NCBI GenBank assembly: GCA_002269645.1
Contig: NIVC01001554.1
Location: 124,001 to 188,000, forward strand
Direction: 5' to 3'
Length of the DNA: 64,000 nt
Source: Macrostomum lignano
Taxonomy: Eukaryota
Shown here: positions 35,596 to 48,298 of the stretch, piece after piece
Position numbering within the stretch: the first letter of the stretch is position 1
Layout of the letters: the number at the start of each line of letters is the position of its first letter
Position numbers and translations under genes: made by a program
Notes under the pieces: generated by a model
Told to the model about the DNA's origin: nothing
Databases searched by the model: none
What the model saw: the letters and a program-made list of their open reading frames with translations, nothing else

Positions 35596-37437
35596 CATGG
35601 TAAAAGTTCAGACGAAAAGAAAAGACAAGCTTTTGACAAGAGGACAATCAGCATTTAATTACACTACCAGGATGCAGGCCAAATTAAAATCCAAAATAAA
35701 GAGGATTACAGCGCAAAGGATAATTAAAGAAAGCAAAGCCATGCAGCTAGCGAGGCGGGGGCAGTCAACCAAATAATTGGCAACAAATTTGAAAGCTGGC
35801 CCAACCCGGGCCAACAATAGAGGAGCAACGAGTAGCAGCGAGAGTGAGCGACCGGTCAAGCAGGAGGATGAAGGGGGATTCGCCGAGGCGTACTGGTGGA
35901 CCGCCGCCTCAGCACAGCACGGTTTAATTGGCTCAGGTGGATCAGGGCTGGCGGCCTTTGTGGCCTCCGCTCTCGCCTGGGGGGCCGAGGGGTCGGCGAG
36001 CAAAAAATATGAAAAACTGCCAATGTCCAGCCTCTCGCCCGCATCCTACATTGAGGCAGCTTAAGGACCCCGCCTCGGGGAATGAGCGGAGCTATCAGCA
36101 GCCCCGCTGCCGGGGTCTCCACGCATGGATAAAGCGGCTGGGTTAATAACTGGACACTGCGGCACAGGGCACACGTGCGAGCGGCCGGCCCGCAGACTTC
36201 TTCATAATTTAATGCTCCATCACTACAGTATCCGCTTATGCTAGATGTATAATCGCCCATTGTCCTTGACCAATGAACCTGCTTAGCCATAACTATAAGG
36301 ATTCCCACTGTCTTTGATGAGGACTGTAATTAGCAGGGAGCTACTAAGCAAAGGAATTGGTTTCCCTCCCCAAGCACAATTTTGTTTTCTTATCCTCCTA
36401 GCAAAACTAAAATCTCTCCCTTGTGTTTTAAATCACGCTGAAGGTCATGAAGACAAACATTTATGAAGATACCAACGGTAGAGACATTACATTGAAGTTA
36501 CAATTCTTGACAAATAATGTGTATCAATCGATGTATCTATCTAGCTTGTATCTATCCAGCCGACATGACTTCATATGGTGCTCCAATTGCACAAAGTCTG
36601 CAAAGGAAGAATTTGCTGAATTCCAACGATCCCAATAATGCAGGGAACTTGCAAAACTGGCTGATGAGATGAGACTAACCCGATTGCAAATATCTTTTCG
36701 AATAAATTATAAGAATATAAACTCATTCTGAAAACCGAATAATTCGATTGGTGCCTGTCATAGAAGAGGCACAAGATTATCCACTGCGCGTGTGCGGCCA
36801 CCAACTGATAAACAATAGATGCCAATCGCGCAATGAGAATTTCAAGGATGGAGGAGGTCTTCAGCCTGGAGAACTGCTCAGCTCTCCACGCATAGAGATG
36901 GCTATCACTGTGCTGGCTATTGCGCCAGCGCCCGTCAGCTAACATTTAGTTAATGAAGCCAGACTCACCTGCATGCACAGCTATATTCATCATCTACTTA
37001 ACCTGCATCGATTGACCCGCGATGCTTTATTCAGCTAGCTAGTTGAGCAGTCATGCCGATTCCGCTAAGCCGGATACGTACGCAGACTCGCATTTCTCAG
37101 GCATGCCTGCATTCTGTGCCAAGGGACCTGGCTCTCATGGTTGAGCACTGCACAAGCCCCAGGCCAATTCTCGTTCAAGAGCCCTAAAATTAATGTCATG
37201 ATATTAGTTTAGTAAGAAGCATTAGGCTGTGTGCACCCTGGCGCACTTTAAGCGACATTGTCACACAGCCCCCGGGAAGGGACAGCGGCTCTCACTGCAG
37301 TGCAGCACCCGGGAAGGGGCCGGCGAGAGGCATTGCTGCCCATTCCGCCGACTCCCCTGAGCAGGCACACAAGCGCGCGGATACGTACGCAGTCATACGC
37401 ACAGGCACACACTCACACAGGAGTGTACAGCGGCCCT

Positions 37438-37626
37438 AACTTTATTTATCGTTAGGCATGTACACTTCACTGCGCATTGGGAGTTGGCCCTCACGGCCGT
37501 TAATTGCACGAGCAGAGCCAAGCCGAGATTCCAATTCAGCCCCAAATTAATGTGACGGCACTTGGAATCGAGCCTGGGCCGCTGGCACATCAGAGCGCCG
37601 CGATAGACCGCTGGGCTACGCCCCCC
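37438..37626 (-). mobile_element. tRNA-derived SINE-like element or tRNA pseudogene
   Basis: The minus strand reads GGGGGCG TAGCCCAGCGG (A box) ... CCAGG CTCGATT CC (B box, one mismatch) AAGTGCCGTC. The acceptor stem pairs 6/7, but the anticodon and T stems are broken. About 110 bp of body follows, ending in ATAAATAAA. The 3' limit is uncertain. Confidence 0.55.
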
Positions 37627-39013
37627 TTAACCGTTAAGCTACTCTGCATCTGGGATGCTGAAATCGAAACGAAATTCAAACAATACAAGAATTGCAATTT
37701 TGATTCATTGCTTTTTCACTAACATAAAAGAAGAAACAATTCTTTTAGTAGTAACTTTGTTAAAGCTAGCAAATAAAAATGCATCAAGTGACGTGTTTGT
37801 TTAATTCAAGTCACCGAATGAACCGAGCTTCGAGCACAAACGCATGCAATAGAGAGACAGAAGGTATAGCATAAACAGCTAGGGGAACAAATATAAAAAA
37901 GAATTACAGTGGCAGGAGGATAGACTGCAATTGCAACAGACATTGAGTTATCAAGAGAGACTTGGACAGCAACAAAAAAGTTATGGACCACGAACCAAAA
38001 AAGAACACGAAAAAACTAGCAGAGCAATAAGAAAAAAACTACTATTACTGTACAATTCAGCTGAAATCCATCATTGCGCTCTCCATTCCAGGTGGATGAA
38101 GTTGAGGATCAAGAGTGGCGAGAAAGGCAGCTGGATGCAGACTATGGGAGAATCAAGAGTGGGAGGAGCTCCTCAACACTGTAAATCCTCACAATTGGAT
38201 GGCATCTGCGAAAAGACTGAAACCAAAAACGCGCGCCAAGAGCGTGGCGGAGAGGGGAGGGGAGAGTGCCGAAAAAATGTGATGGGGCAATGGCCAGAGC
38301 CAGAACTAGAATACTTCGATCACAAAGTCTCCCAGCAAGTGAAAGGGAAAGAGACCTGCAGCTGTTCCAGAACCACTTCATCATCAGAATCTTCGCCTCT
38401 CTTCGCACACCTTGAGATATCACAATTCAAAAATATGAGTCACAACTATAGGATTAGGCAATAGTAAAGAATTGAGTTGCAGCAAAAAATATGGCGACTT
38501 AGCGAGAGCTGCGAATGAAAACACGGCCACTAAAATTGAGTTATTACTAGAATTTTATTTTTGATTTCAATCATAACGTGACTTAATATTTGAATATTCT
38601 TATTTATTACTAGTAATGAGGGAACATACACGCGCAACTGCTGGCTGACCTGGCCAATCCGGCCAACGTAAATTGAGGTGGACCAGGGGTAAGTCGCAAA
38701 AATGCCCACCCAAGGAAATAAACGTAGTAGTAATTAGATGACGAAGCATTTAGCCTTAAAAATACAGTCATAGTTACTCCTGCCGTTTACTCAAAATTGC
38801 GTTAATTTTCTGAGCATTTTCTTCCCAGGTAAGTCGCATGGCCAGTGTAAATCAGGGGGTTTGCGCATGTATGAGAGATAATATGGGTCAGTTGACAATT
38901 AAAAGGAAATGTGAACTGCATTTCCAAGCCTGTTGATGTCCAAGCTAAAATCTTCAACTCAAGATCCGACTAATCTCGTAAAAATATTTCTTCTGACTCA
39001 ATGAATTTATTCA

Positions 39014-41041
39014 TCAGCAGCCAGTATCGGCTCCGGAGTTCCACGGCCACAGCAGCGCGGGTCCTTCATCATCAGCCTCATCTTGGCCATCGGTCTCGGC
39101 CTCGCCGCCATCCTCATCGTCGCTGGAGTAGTGCCGGTCGCGGCCGCTGCTCGACTCTTCGTCCTCGGGCAGGCCGATCAGGAATTGTCGATCGCCGCTA
39201 AGCCGCAGTCCGGCGGCGATTAGGGCGTCGGCCACCTCATCAGGGGTGGCACTCAGCGACTTCAGCACGACGTAGTTGCACAGGCGGCTGATGGGCAGGC
39301 GCACCAGGTCTCCATAAGGATCATCGCTGTTGCTGTCATCTGAATCGGGCACTTCGGCCGTGCTCCGGCGATGCCGTTCAAACAGCAGGCTGGTTCGGGC
39401 GCATCTGACCGCCTCCTGGGCCAGGTGCTCGTCGCGCGGCAACTCCGTTTGCCATGGGAACTCAAATTTTAATACTTCCTTATATGGCTCGGCTGTTGAA
39501 TAGTCGCTGACAGTGTCATTTGGAACAAATGCGCGGCTTATAGCGTGACCAGAAGTATCACTAGGATTTGTGACGTCACCGGAAGTACCAGTATAGCTCG
39601 TAGGGATATCAACGGAAGCACCAATATGATTAGTGACGTCATAGGAAGTCCCAGTACGATTAGTGATGTCACCGGAAGAAACAGTATGATTAGTGACGTC
39701 ACCGGAAGCAACAGTATGATTAGTGACGTCACCGGAAGCAACAGTATGATTAGTGACGTCACCGGAAGCAACAGTATGATTAGTGATGTCACCGGAAGCA
39801 ACAGTATGATTAGTGATGTCACCGGAAGCAACAGTATGATTAGTGACGTCACCGTAAGCAACAGTATGATTAGTGACGTCACCAGAAGCAACAGCATGAT
39901 TAGTGACGTCACCGGAAGCAACAGCATGATTAGTGACGTCACCAGAAGCAACAGTATGATTAGTGACGTCACCGGAAGCAACAGTATGATTAGTGACGTC
40001 ACCGAAAGCAACAGTATGATTAGTGTCGTCACCGGAAGCAACAGTATGATTAGTGACGTCACCGGAAGTCTCAATACGTTTAGTGACAGGCCCTGGCAAC
40101 AAGGTAAATACGGCAATCTGCGAGCAGTGGCCAATCATCTTCAGGCCGTCGGGCGCGTCGCCAACGCCAGTGAATCGAACAGCGTAGCCGTACCGGCGGG
40201 CGATGGACTGCGACCAGGCCTGGAACTGAGCCCGAGTCCATTCGAATTTGTGATCATGATGCCGCAGGCCAGGAAAGCGCGGCCCGAAGCAGGTATTGAA
40301 CTCGGCATTGGGAGTGGTGACAACAACCAGGCCGGGCCTCAGCTGGCCAAACAGGTGGCCGGGCAGCCTGGCCAGCTGGTCAAGCGGCAGGTGTTCGATC
40401 ATTTCCACTAGCAGAGCGGCGTCGGCGCCGGCAAGCCTAGCATCTGGCTCGGTGGCGCAGCCGGCCAGCAGCCTGGCGCGCATTGGCCGGCTCCGCTTCT
40501 TCATGTAGTCGCCGACAGTCGGCGCCAGACTCTGCCTGGCCGCTTCCAGCATCACCGGGTCCTGTTCGGCGACGTAGTCGACTGCCAGATAATCGACATC
40601 GAATCGGAGAAACTTCAACGATTGAGAAAACAGGCGGCACTCGGCGGCGCCAAGGTCGATCAGTTTGATCACGCCGGGCCGCCTGCTGTCGTTGCCGAAC
40701 CGCTCCACTAGCAGGTCGAACGCGGCCGTGTATCGCTGCTTGTACAGCGGCGGCGAGAAGCTTACAGTTAGCGACGTCGACGATTCGACTCGGTCGCGAT
40801 CATCGCCGCCTCCGACTGGCTGGAAGCAGGGCCGACGGGGAAATACGACGCGCTGTGCGGCCAGACCGAGCAGCTGCCACGGAGGCCATTGAGAGGCTTC
40901 GCTTGCTTCGATGGACTCGTACCAGGCTGGCCGGCTGTAGGACCGGTAGAATGCGGTGGAATTGGCGGCTGAATTCGCAGACGCAGCAGCTGACGAATTG
41001 TCGTCCGGTGCGTTGTCGAACTGGCCGACAGAAGCTGCCTC
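39014..41041 (-). CDS. HENMT1: HEN1 small-RNA 2'-O-methyltransferase, terminal exon (675 codons plus stop)
   Basis: The frame is open upstream of the supplied ORF to the acceptor TTTTCACACAG|GAG at 41042/41041. Contains FSPPLYKQRY, LIDLGAAEC (SAM motif I), EMIEH, TTPNAEFN, HHDHKFEW and YKEVLKFEFP. AATAAA directly follows the stop. Confidence 0.93.
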   Translation of the reverse strand, partial: EAASVGQFDNAPDDNSSAAASANSAANSTAFYRSYSRPAWYESIEASEASQWPPWQLLGLAAQRVVFPRRPCFQPVGGGDDRDRVESSTSLTVSFSPPLYKQRYTAAFDLLVERFGNDSRRPGVIKLIDLGAAECRLFSQSLKFLRFDVDYLAVDYVAEQDPVMLEAARQSLAPTVGDYMKKRSRPMRARLLAGCATEPDARLAGADAALLVEMIEHLPLDQLARLPGHLFGQLRPGLVVVTTPNAEFNTCFGPRFPGLRHHDHKFEWTRAQFQAWSQSIARRYGYAVRFTGVGDAPDGLKMIGHCSQIAVFTLLPGPVTKRIETSGDVTNHTVASGDDTNHTVAFGDVTNHTVASGDVTNHTVASGDVTNHAVASGDVTNHAVASGDVTNHTVAYGDVTNHTVASGDITNHTVASGDITNHTVASGDVTNHTVASGDVTNHTVASGDVTNHTVSSGDITNRTGTSYDVTNHIGASVDIPTSYTGTSGDVTNPSDTSGHAISRAFVPNDTVSDYSTAEPYKEVLKFEFPWQTELPRDEHLAQEAVRCARTSLLFERHRRSTAEVPDSDDSNSDDPYGDLVRLPISRLCNYVVLKSLSATPDEVADALIAAGLRLSGDRQFLIGLPEDEESSSGRDRHYSSDDEDGGEAETDGQDEADDEGPALLWPWNSGADTGC
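39567..40066 (-). repeat. In-frame 30-bp coding minisatellite (SGDVTNHTVA) inside HEN1
   Basis: 13 near-perfect and 3-4 degenerate units; the frame stays open. Confidence 0.9.
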
Positions 41042-41252
41042 CTGTGTGAAAATGGTTTTAATCAGCCTTAAATAAAGTACAAATGTACTTTAAAAGTTTA
41101 GATAAAGTAATTTGTACTTTTAAATCGAGCACATGTACTTTAAACAGAGTACTTGTGCTAAGAAAGTACACGTGTACTTTTTTCTTGGGGTAACACGAGA
41201 AATCGAATAAAGTTTCGTCAGCCTTAAAACTGTCAACGGTGCAAACACTTAC

Positions 41253-41460
41253 CGACTCAATCAAGTACTGCTGTTGCTCCTGTTGCTGAGTTGATGAAGG
41301 ATCAACCAGCTGGTTTGAAACAGTTGAAACTGACGCCACGGCCGACGCTTCGGCAGACGGGGCGGCAGCAGCAGAAGCAGGCTGCTGTGCGACATCGGGG
41401 CAGTCGCCGCTGCTCAGTGACGCTGTGGGGGTCTGGTGTGCGGGGTGAATGGCGGGTGAC
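41253..41460 (-). CDS. HENMT1: Probable upstream HEN1 exon (Ala/Ser/Gln-rich, no Met)
   Basis: Acceptor TATTGAATAG|G (phase 2) and donor TCG|GTAAGT (phase 0), which matches the 41041 acceptor. GC-rich open frame. Confidence 0.55.
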
Positions 41461-41543
41461 CTATTCAATATAAACAAAACATATGGCAATTTTTATCATA
41501 AATATTTAATCATCTGGTGTCTCTGTTACCGCTTTTCAGTGGT

Positions 41544-43730
41544 TAATGGGCGATTCTTAACGGTGTCTAGTGGGCGATTCTCAGCGGTGTCTAGTGGGCG
41601 ATTCTTTAGGTGTCTAATGGGCGATTCTTAACGGTGTCTAGTGGGCGATTCTTTAGGTGTCTAGTGGGCGATTCTTTAGGTGTCTAATGGGCGATTCTTA
41701 ACGGTGTCTAGAGGGGGATTCTTTAGGTGTCTAATGGGCGATTCTTTAGGTGTCTAATGGGCGATTCTTTAGGTGTCTAATGGGCGATTCTTTAGGTGTC
41801 TAATGGGCGATTCTTTAGGTGTCTAATGGGCGATTCTTTAGGTGTCTAATGGGCGATTCTTAACGGTGTCTAGTGGGCGATTCTTTAGGTGTCTAATGGG
41901 CGATTCTTTAGGTGTCTAATGGGCGATTCTTAACGGTGTCTAATGGGCGATTCTTTAGGTGTCTAATGGGCGATTCTTTAGGTGTCTAATGGGCGATTCT
42001 TAACGGTGTCTAATGGGCGATTCTTTAGGTGTCTAATGGGCGATTCTTTAGGTGTCTAATGGGCGATTCTTAACGGTGTCTAGTGGGCGATTCTTTAGGT
42101 GTCTAGTGGGCGATTCTTTAGGTGTCTAATGGGCGATTCTTTAGGTGTCTAATGGGCGATTCTTAACGGTGTCTAGTGGGCGATTCTTTAGGTGTCTAAT
42201 GGGCGATTCTTAACGGTGTCTAGTGGGCGATTCTTAACGGTGTCTAGTGGGCGATTCTTTAGGTGTCTAATGGGCGATTCTTAACGGTGTCTAGTGGGCG
42301 ATTCTTTAGGTGTCTAATGGGCGATTCTTTAGGTGTCTAATGGGCGATTCTTTAGGTGTCTAATGGGCGATTCTTTAGGTGTCTAATGGGCGATTCTTTA
42401 GGTGTCTAATGGGCGATTCTTTAGGTGTCTAATGGGCGATTCTTAACGGTGTCTAGTGGGCGATTCTTTAGGTGTCTAATGGGCGATTCTTTAGGTGTCT
42501 AATGGGCGATTCTTAACGGTGTCTAATGGGCGATTCTTTAGGTGTCTAATGGGCGATTCTTTAGGTGTCTAATGGGCGATTCTTAACGGTGTCTAATGGG
42601 CGATTCTCAGCGGTGTCTAGTGGGCGATTCTTTAGGTGTCTAATGGGCGATTCTTTAGGTGTCTAATGGGCGATTCTTAACGGTGTCTAGTGGGCGATTC
42701 TTTAGGTGTCTAATGGGCGATTCTTTAGGTGTCTAATGGGCGATTCTTTAGGTGTCTAATGGGCGATTCTTAACGGTGTCTAGTGGGCGATTCTTTAGGT
42801 GTCTAATGGGCGATTCTTAACGGTGTCTAGTGGGCGATTCTTTAGGTGTCTAATGGGCGATTCTTTAGGTGTCTAATGGGCGATTCTTAACGGTGTCTAG
42901 TGGGCGATTCTTTAGGTGTCTAATGGGCGATTCTTTAGGTGTCTAATGGGCGATTCTTTAGGTGTCTAATGGGCGATTCTTAACGGTGTCTAGTGGGCGA
43001 TTCTTTAGGTGTCTAATGGGCGATTCTTTAGGTGTCTAATGGGCGATTCTTTAGGTGTCTAATGGGCGATTCTTTAGGTGTCTAATGGGCGATTCTTAAC
43101 GGTGTCTAGTGGGCGATTCTTTAGGTGTCTAATGGGCGATTCTTAACGGTGTCTAGTGGGCGATTCTTTAGGTGTCTAATGGGCGATTCTTTAGGTGTCT
43201 AATGGGCGATTCTTAACGGTGTCTAGTGGGCGATTCTTTAGGTGTCTAGTGGGCGATTCTTTAGGTGTCTAATGGGCGATTCTTAACAGTGTCTAGTGGG
43301 CGATTCTTTAGGTGTCTAATGGGAGATTCTTTAGGTGTCTAATGGGCGATTCTTTAGGTGTCTAATGGGCGATTCTTAACGGTGTCTAATGGGCGATTCT
43401 TAACGGTGTCTAATGGGCGATTCTTAACGGTGTCTAGTGGGCGATTCTTTAGGTGTCTAATGGGCGATTCTTAACGGTGTCTAGTGGGCGATTCTTTAGG
43501 TGTCTAATGGGCGATTCTTTAGGTGTCTAATGGGCGATTCTTTAGGTGTCTAATGGGCGATTCTTAACGGTGTCTAGTGGGCGATTCTTTAGGTGTCTAA
43601 TGGGCGATTCTTAACGGTGTCTAGTGGGCGATTCTTTAGGTGTCTAATGGGCGATTCTTAACGGTGTCTAGTGGGCGATTCTTTAGGTGTCTAATTGGCG
43701 ATTCTCAGAGGTGTCTAATGGGTGATTCTT
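41544..43730. repeat. 23/24-bp two-variant minisatellite (GGGCGATTCTTTAGGTGTCTAAT / GGGCGATTCTTAACGGTGTCTAGT)
   Basis: Direct reading, about 93 units. Confidence 0.97.
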
Positions 43731-46377
43731 GGCGAAATTTGGCACTTCAACAGAAAGCAGGTGTTTTAATCAGCATTGCAAAAAGCAGTGTAATATTTAA
43801 AATATTTTGGCACCAAAATGGTCCCGTTTAATGTTACTAAAGTAGAAAGTCAGACAGAAGGATGCGGGTAGGCAAAAAATCTCCCATAAACAATGCTGCA
43901 TCAAAATCCGCGACATCTGTTAGTTGTGACTTGGAAAATCTTTCAATCTTTCCGGACCATATTGGACTGTGGGCAATGTTTTCACTACCAACAAAACTAC
44001 CAGAGTCAACGTCGGCTTGTGATCCCCCCATCAACTTTTGACTGTTTATTTGGATTAGAATTCGCACCGAGCCGCCTTCTTCTTTTAAAGCTTTAGGTGG
44101 CGCTATCAAGTTACGCTGCCAGTAATTAATATAAAAAATGACACCAAACTCCGGTCTAACATCGATCATTTTTTAAGAAATCGCGCTTTCTGAGAGCTTG
44201 TAGATGCCTAATGGTGTAGCCAATACTGTACTCAGGCACGCACTCTGTGGCCGCGCCCCTTGCCACTTAACTGTCAGCGTCTTTGTATTTTACATTATCT
44301 ACAAATCAAGGAGCTGGCAATAGGCGAACTCATAATAAATAATGATTGCTTTAGGGCAAGAATCAGCTGTTGAGGCCTGAGCCACGGCCCGTAGCAGGCT
44401 TCTGTGAGGGTGTTAGATAGAATTGGCCACTTTAACGGGATAAAGGGGGACAAGACAGAAATCAAATGTTGAACAACCGGCACAATGATTGAATATGATT
44501 GCGCATCATCGGGTTAACAATTATACATTTGAAAACTAACTATAGACCCTGAAGCCTCACAGGTGCTAGCTACGTTAATTCAGCCGCAATATTTTATAGG
44601 GGCTCGCACACCGCGGGGGGGGGGCTTGAGGGAGGGACAGACAGACAGCCAGGAATAAGGCGGTGCGAATCTCTCCACTCTCTTAAAACAAGAGAGCCGA
44701 CAAAGTTAAAGCAGAGAAGAAACGAAGTGTGATAATAAGAGGCAGAGGTAAGGGTTGGTTAAAGACATGGCCAACACAGGACGAAGACAAAGAATTATAG
44801 AGCGAATAGAAAAGAATTTGATCTTAAAAACAAGCCGGGTCATGGGAGAGAGAGAGAAAGGGAAGTCTGCGTATTGGGCTATTGACAATTGCCACCTTGG
44901 GGATTTCAATAGTGAAATAAACCGAAACCAGTGGGGAGAAAAAAGTTTCCGGCCAAAGTATTAGCTATCTGCCTAGCTGTCAGTTGTTAATTGAAACAGA
45001 GACAGAGCGTGGAGCGTGCGGCGGGAATGATCGAGGAATTGCAACGTGCTGTCCTTCCTAGTAGGCTTCCTATAGGCCTATAGATATAGATAGAAAACCG
45101 GCGAGGTCGCCCGCATTTCTCGGACCGGCCCCGCCCCCCCCCCTCACTCCCCCGACTCGCCTCGGGGGGTCAGGCGCGAGCGGTTTGGCTCTTATACTCT
45201 ATAAATGCATAAACCCACATAGCGAAGAGTAAGGTAAAAATAAGGAAGCATCAACAGGCCGATCCCGCATAATTCGAATTCAATTTTAGCTCGCGATCTG
45301 TTCTTCTTCTACAAGCCCAAAAGCAGAAGAATATAGAAGAGAACATACGCAAGTCTTTCCCTGCACCGTTTGCGTAATTAGACCGTGGAAAAAACCCGCA
45401 TAGGTGTGGGGGGAGGGAGAGGGAATAGAATGGGAAGATTTGGAAGGAGGGCCATCGCGCCGAGTTTTGACACCGCGCTGCGCAGTAGAAGCGGGGAAAT
45501 TTAAAAGAGAGAAAAAAGCAGACACAAAGAAAGAGATCGCCACGTCCCGATTAACGCAGGAAAGAGAAAAACACCAGACCGACCTGTTACGCAATGCACA
45601 ACTTTAAGCCTCTCTCACCATTTATATACTTGCATTAAAATAATGGCTGATGTAGAGACAGCGATAACCTACGCTCCCCCATTCAAGCCGTCTTGAGGAG
45701 CTTCATCTTGGGCGCGGGATGCTGGACACACTGGCTTGACTCGAATTCTGTGACGGGAAATGCCCCAAGCAGACCAACACCCCCACCCAGCAAGATAATC
45801 CGCAAACTGGCAGATTAGCAAATTATATGTTAGCCTTTTCTTCTTAAAAAATTTTCTAAACTAATTGGCCTCTTCTAAAAGCAGTTCCACACAAGATTAG
45901 AAACACACTCGGAAGCTAACAACCGTCTCTGATAGGAGATCAAGTGAAAACTCAGGTGCGAATTCAACTGTTACGAGTAGAAAGAGAAAGAAAGCGGCAC
46001 GTGGCCCCTGCCGAAGCCTTCCTGCTAATGCAGTTTCTGCACGCAAAGATTTCTGCTTGGAGAAATGATCACACACACCTTTGAGCGATAAAACTGACAA
46101 GCCATTATTACTAAAAAAACTTCATAAGTTGAAATGAATAAATAAAACGCAACAAGAAAGTAAATTTAAACACTTAAAATACGTTAGTCTGCATTTGGAT
46201 TTAATTATTAAACAATCCGACATTAATTAAGGTATTACAGGAAAACGTGACAGCGCGCTTTAGAACCATAACAAATCAGCCAATGAGTTAATATAGAAAA
46301 CTATAGATCTTTTCTCTAAAACCTCTCAAAGGGGACACACATTATCTATACTGTTTTTATCGCTCACTGAGATCTCA

Positions 46378-47260
46378 TAGGTGAGATTTTAGCGCCAATC
46401 TACCACAGATGAGATTTTAGCGCCAATCCAACACCACAGGTGAGATTTTAGCGCCAATCCAACACCACAGGTGAGATTTTAGCGCCAATCCAACACGACA
46501 GGTGAGATTTTAGTGCCAATCCAACACGACAGATGAGATTTTAGCGCCAATCCAACACGACAGGTGAGATTTTAGCGCCAATCCAACACCACAGGTGAGA
46601 TTTTAGCGCCAATCCAACACGACAGGTGAGATTTTAGTGCCAATCCAACACGACAGATGAGATTTTAGCGCCAATCCAACACCACAGGTGAGATTTTAGC
46701 GCCAATCCAACACGACAGGTGAGATTTTAGCGCCAATCCAACACGACAGGTGAGATTTTAGCGCCAATCCAACACCACAGGTGAGATTTTAGCGCCAATC
46801 CAACACCACAGGTGAGATTTTAGCGCCAATCCAACACCACAGGTGAGATTTTAGCGCCAATCCAACACCACAGGTGAGATTTTAGCGCCAATCCAACACC
46901 ACAGGTGAGATTTTAGTGCCAATCCAACACGACAGATGAGATTTTAGCGCCAATCCAACACCACAGGTGAGATTTTAGCGCCAATCCAACACCACAGGTG
47001 AGATTTTAGCGCCAATCCAACACCACAGGTGAGATTTTAGCGCCAATCCAACACCACAGGTGAGATTTTAGCGCCAATCCAACACCACAGGTGAGATTTC
47101 AGCGCCAATCTAACACCACAGATGAGATTTTAGCGCCAATCTAACACGACAGGTGAGATTTTAGCGCCAATCCAACACCACAGGTGAGATTTTAGCGCCA
47201 ATCCAACACCACAGGTGAGATTTTAGCGCCAATCCAACACCACAGGTGAGATTTTAGCGC
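46378..47260. repeat. 31-bp minisatellite (CAGGTGAGATTTTAGCGCCAATCCAACACSA)n
   Basis: Direct reading, about 28 units; same 22-nt core as 31363-32805. Confidence 0.97.
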
Positions 47261-47443
47261 AGAAATCAAGAATTGTAGATAATTGATTTAGCTTCAGAAG
47301 GTTTTAGTTATTTTTGGCCTACAACTTTCATGCAAAACGCAGAGGAACTGAAATGGCATCCAAATTGCATAAACCAATCATAAAGCTTGAACTAACACCA
47401 ACCTTTAGACTAGCACCCTATCTGCACATAGTTTCTCAGCGCG

Positions 47444-47881
<438 letters not shown>

Positions 47882-47967
47882 TTAGTAACTGTGTGCTAGT
47901 ATTATAGCAATTTAATTATAGTAACTTTATACTCAATGTAAATTTAATGGAATACCTAATGTTACAA

Positions 47968-48298
47968 TACCGAAACTTCACCTACCGAAACTTTACCTAC
48001 CGAAAGCTTCACATACCGAAACTTCACATACCAAAAGCTTCACATACCAAAAGCTTCACATACCAAAAGATTCACATATCGAAACTTCACCTACCGAATC
48101 TTCACATACCAAAAGCTTCACATACCAAAAGCTTCAGATACCAAAAGATTCACGTACCGAAATTTCACCTACCGAAGCTTCACATACCAAAAGCTTCACA
48201 TACCAAAAGCTTCAGATACCAAAAGCTTCAGATACCACAAGATTCAGATACCGAAACTTCACCTACCGAAACTTTACATACCGAAAGCTTCACAAAAG
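47968..48298. repeat. Degenerate ~15-16-bp minisatellite (TACCRAAAGCTTCACA)n
   Basis: Direct reading. Confidence 0.85.

Noticed and set aside
37554-37626. Functional tRNA gene
   Set aside because: The anticodon and T stems do not pair properly; kept only as a SINE-like element or pseudogene.
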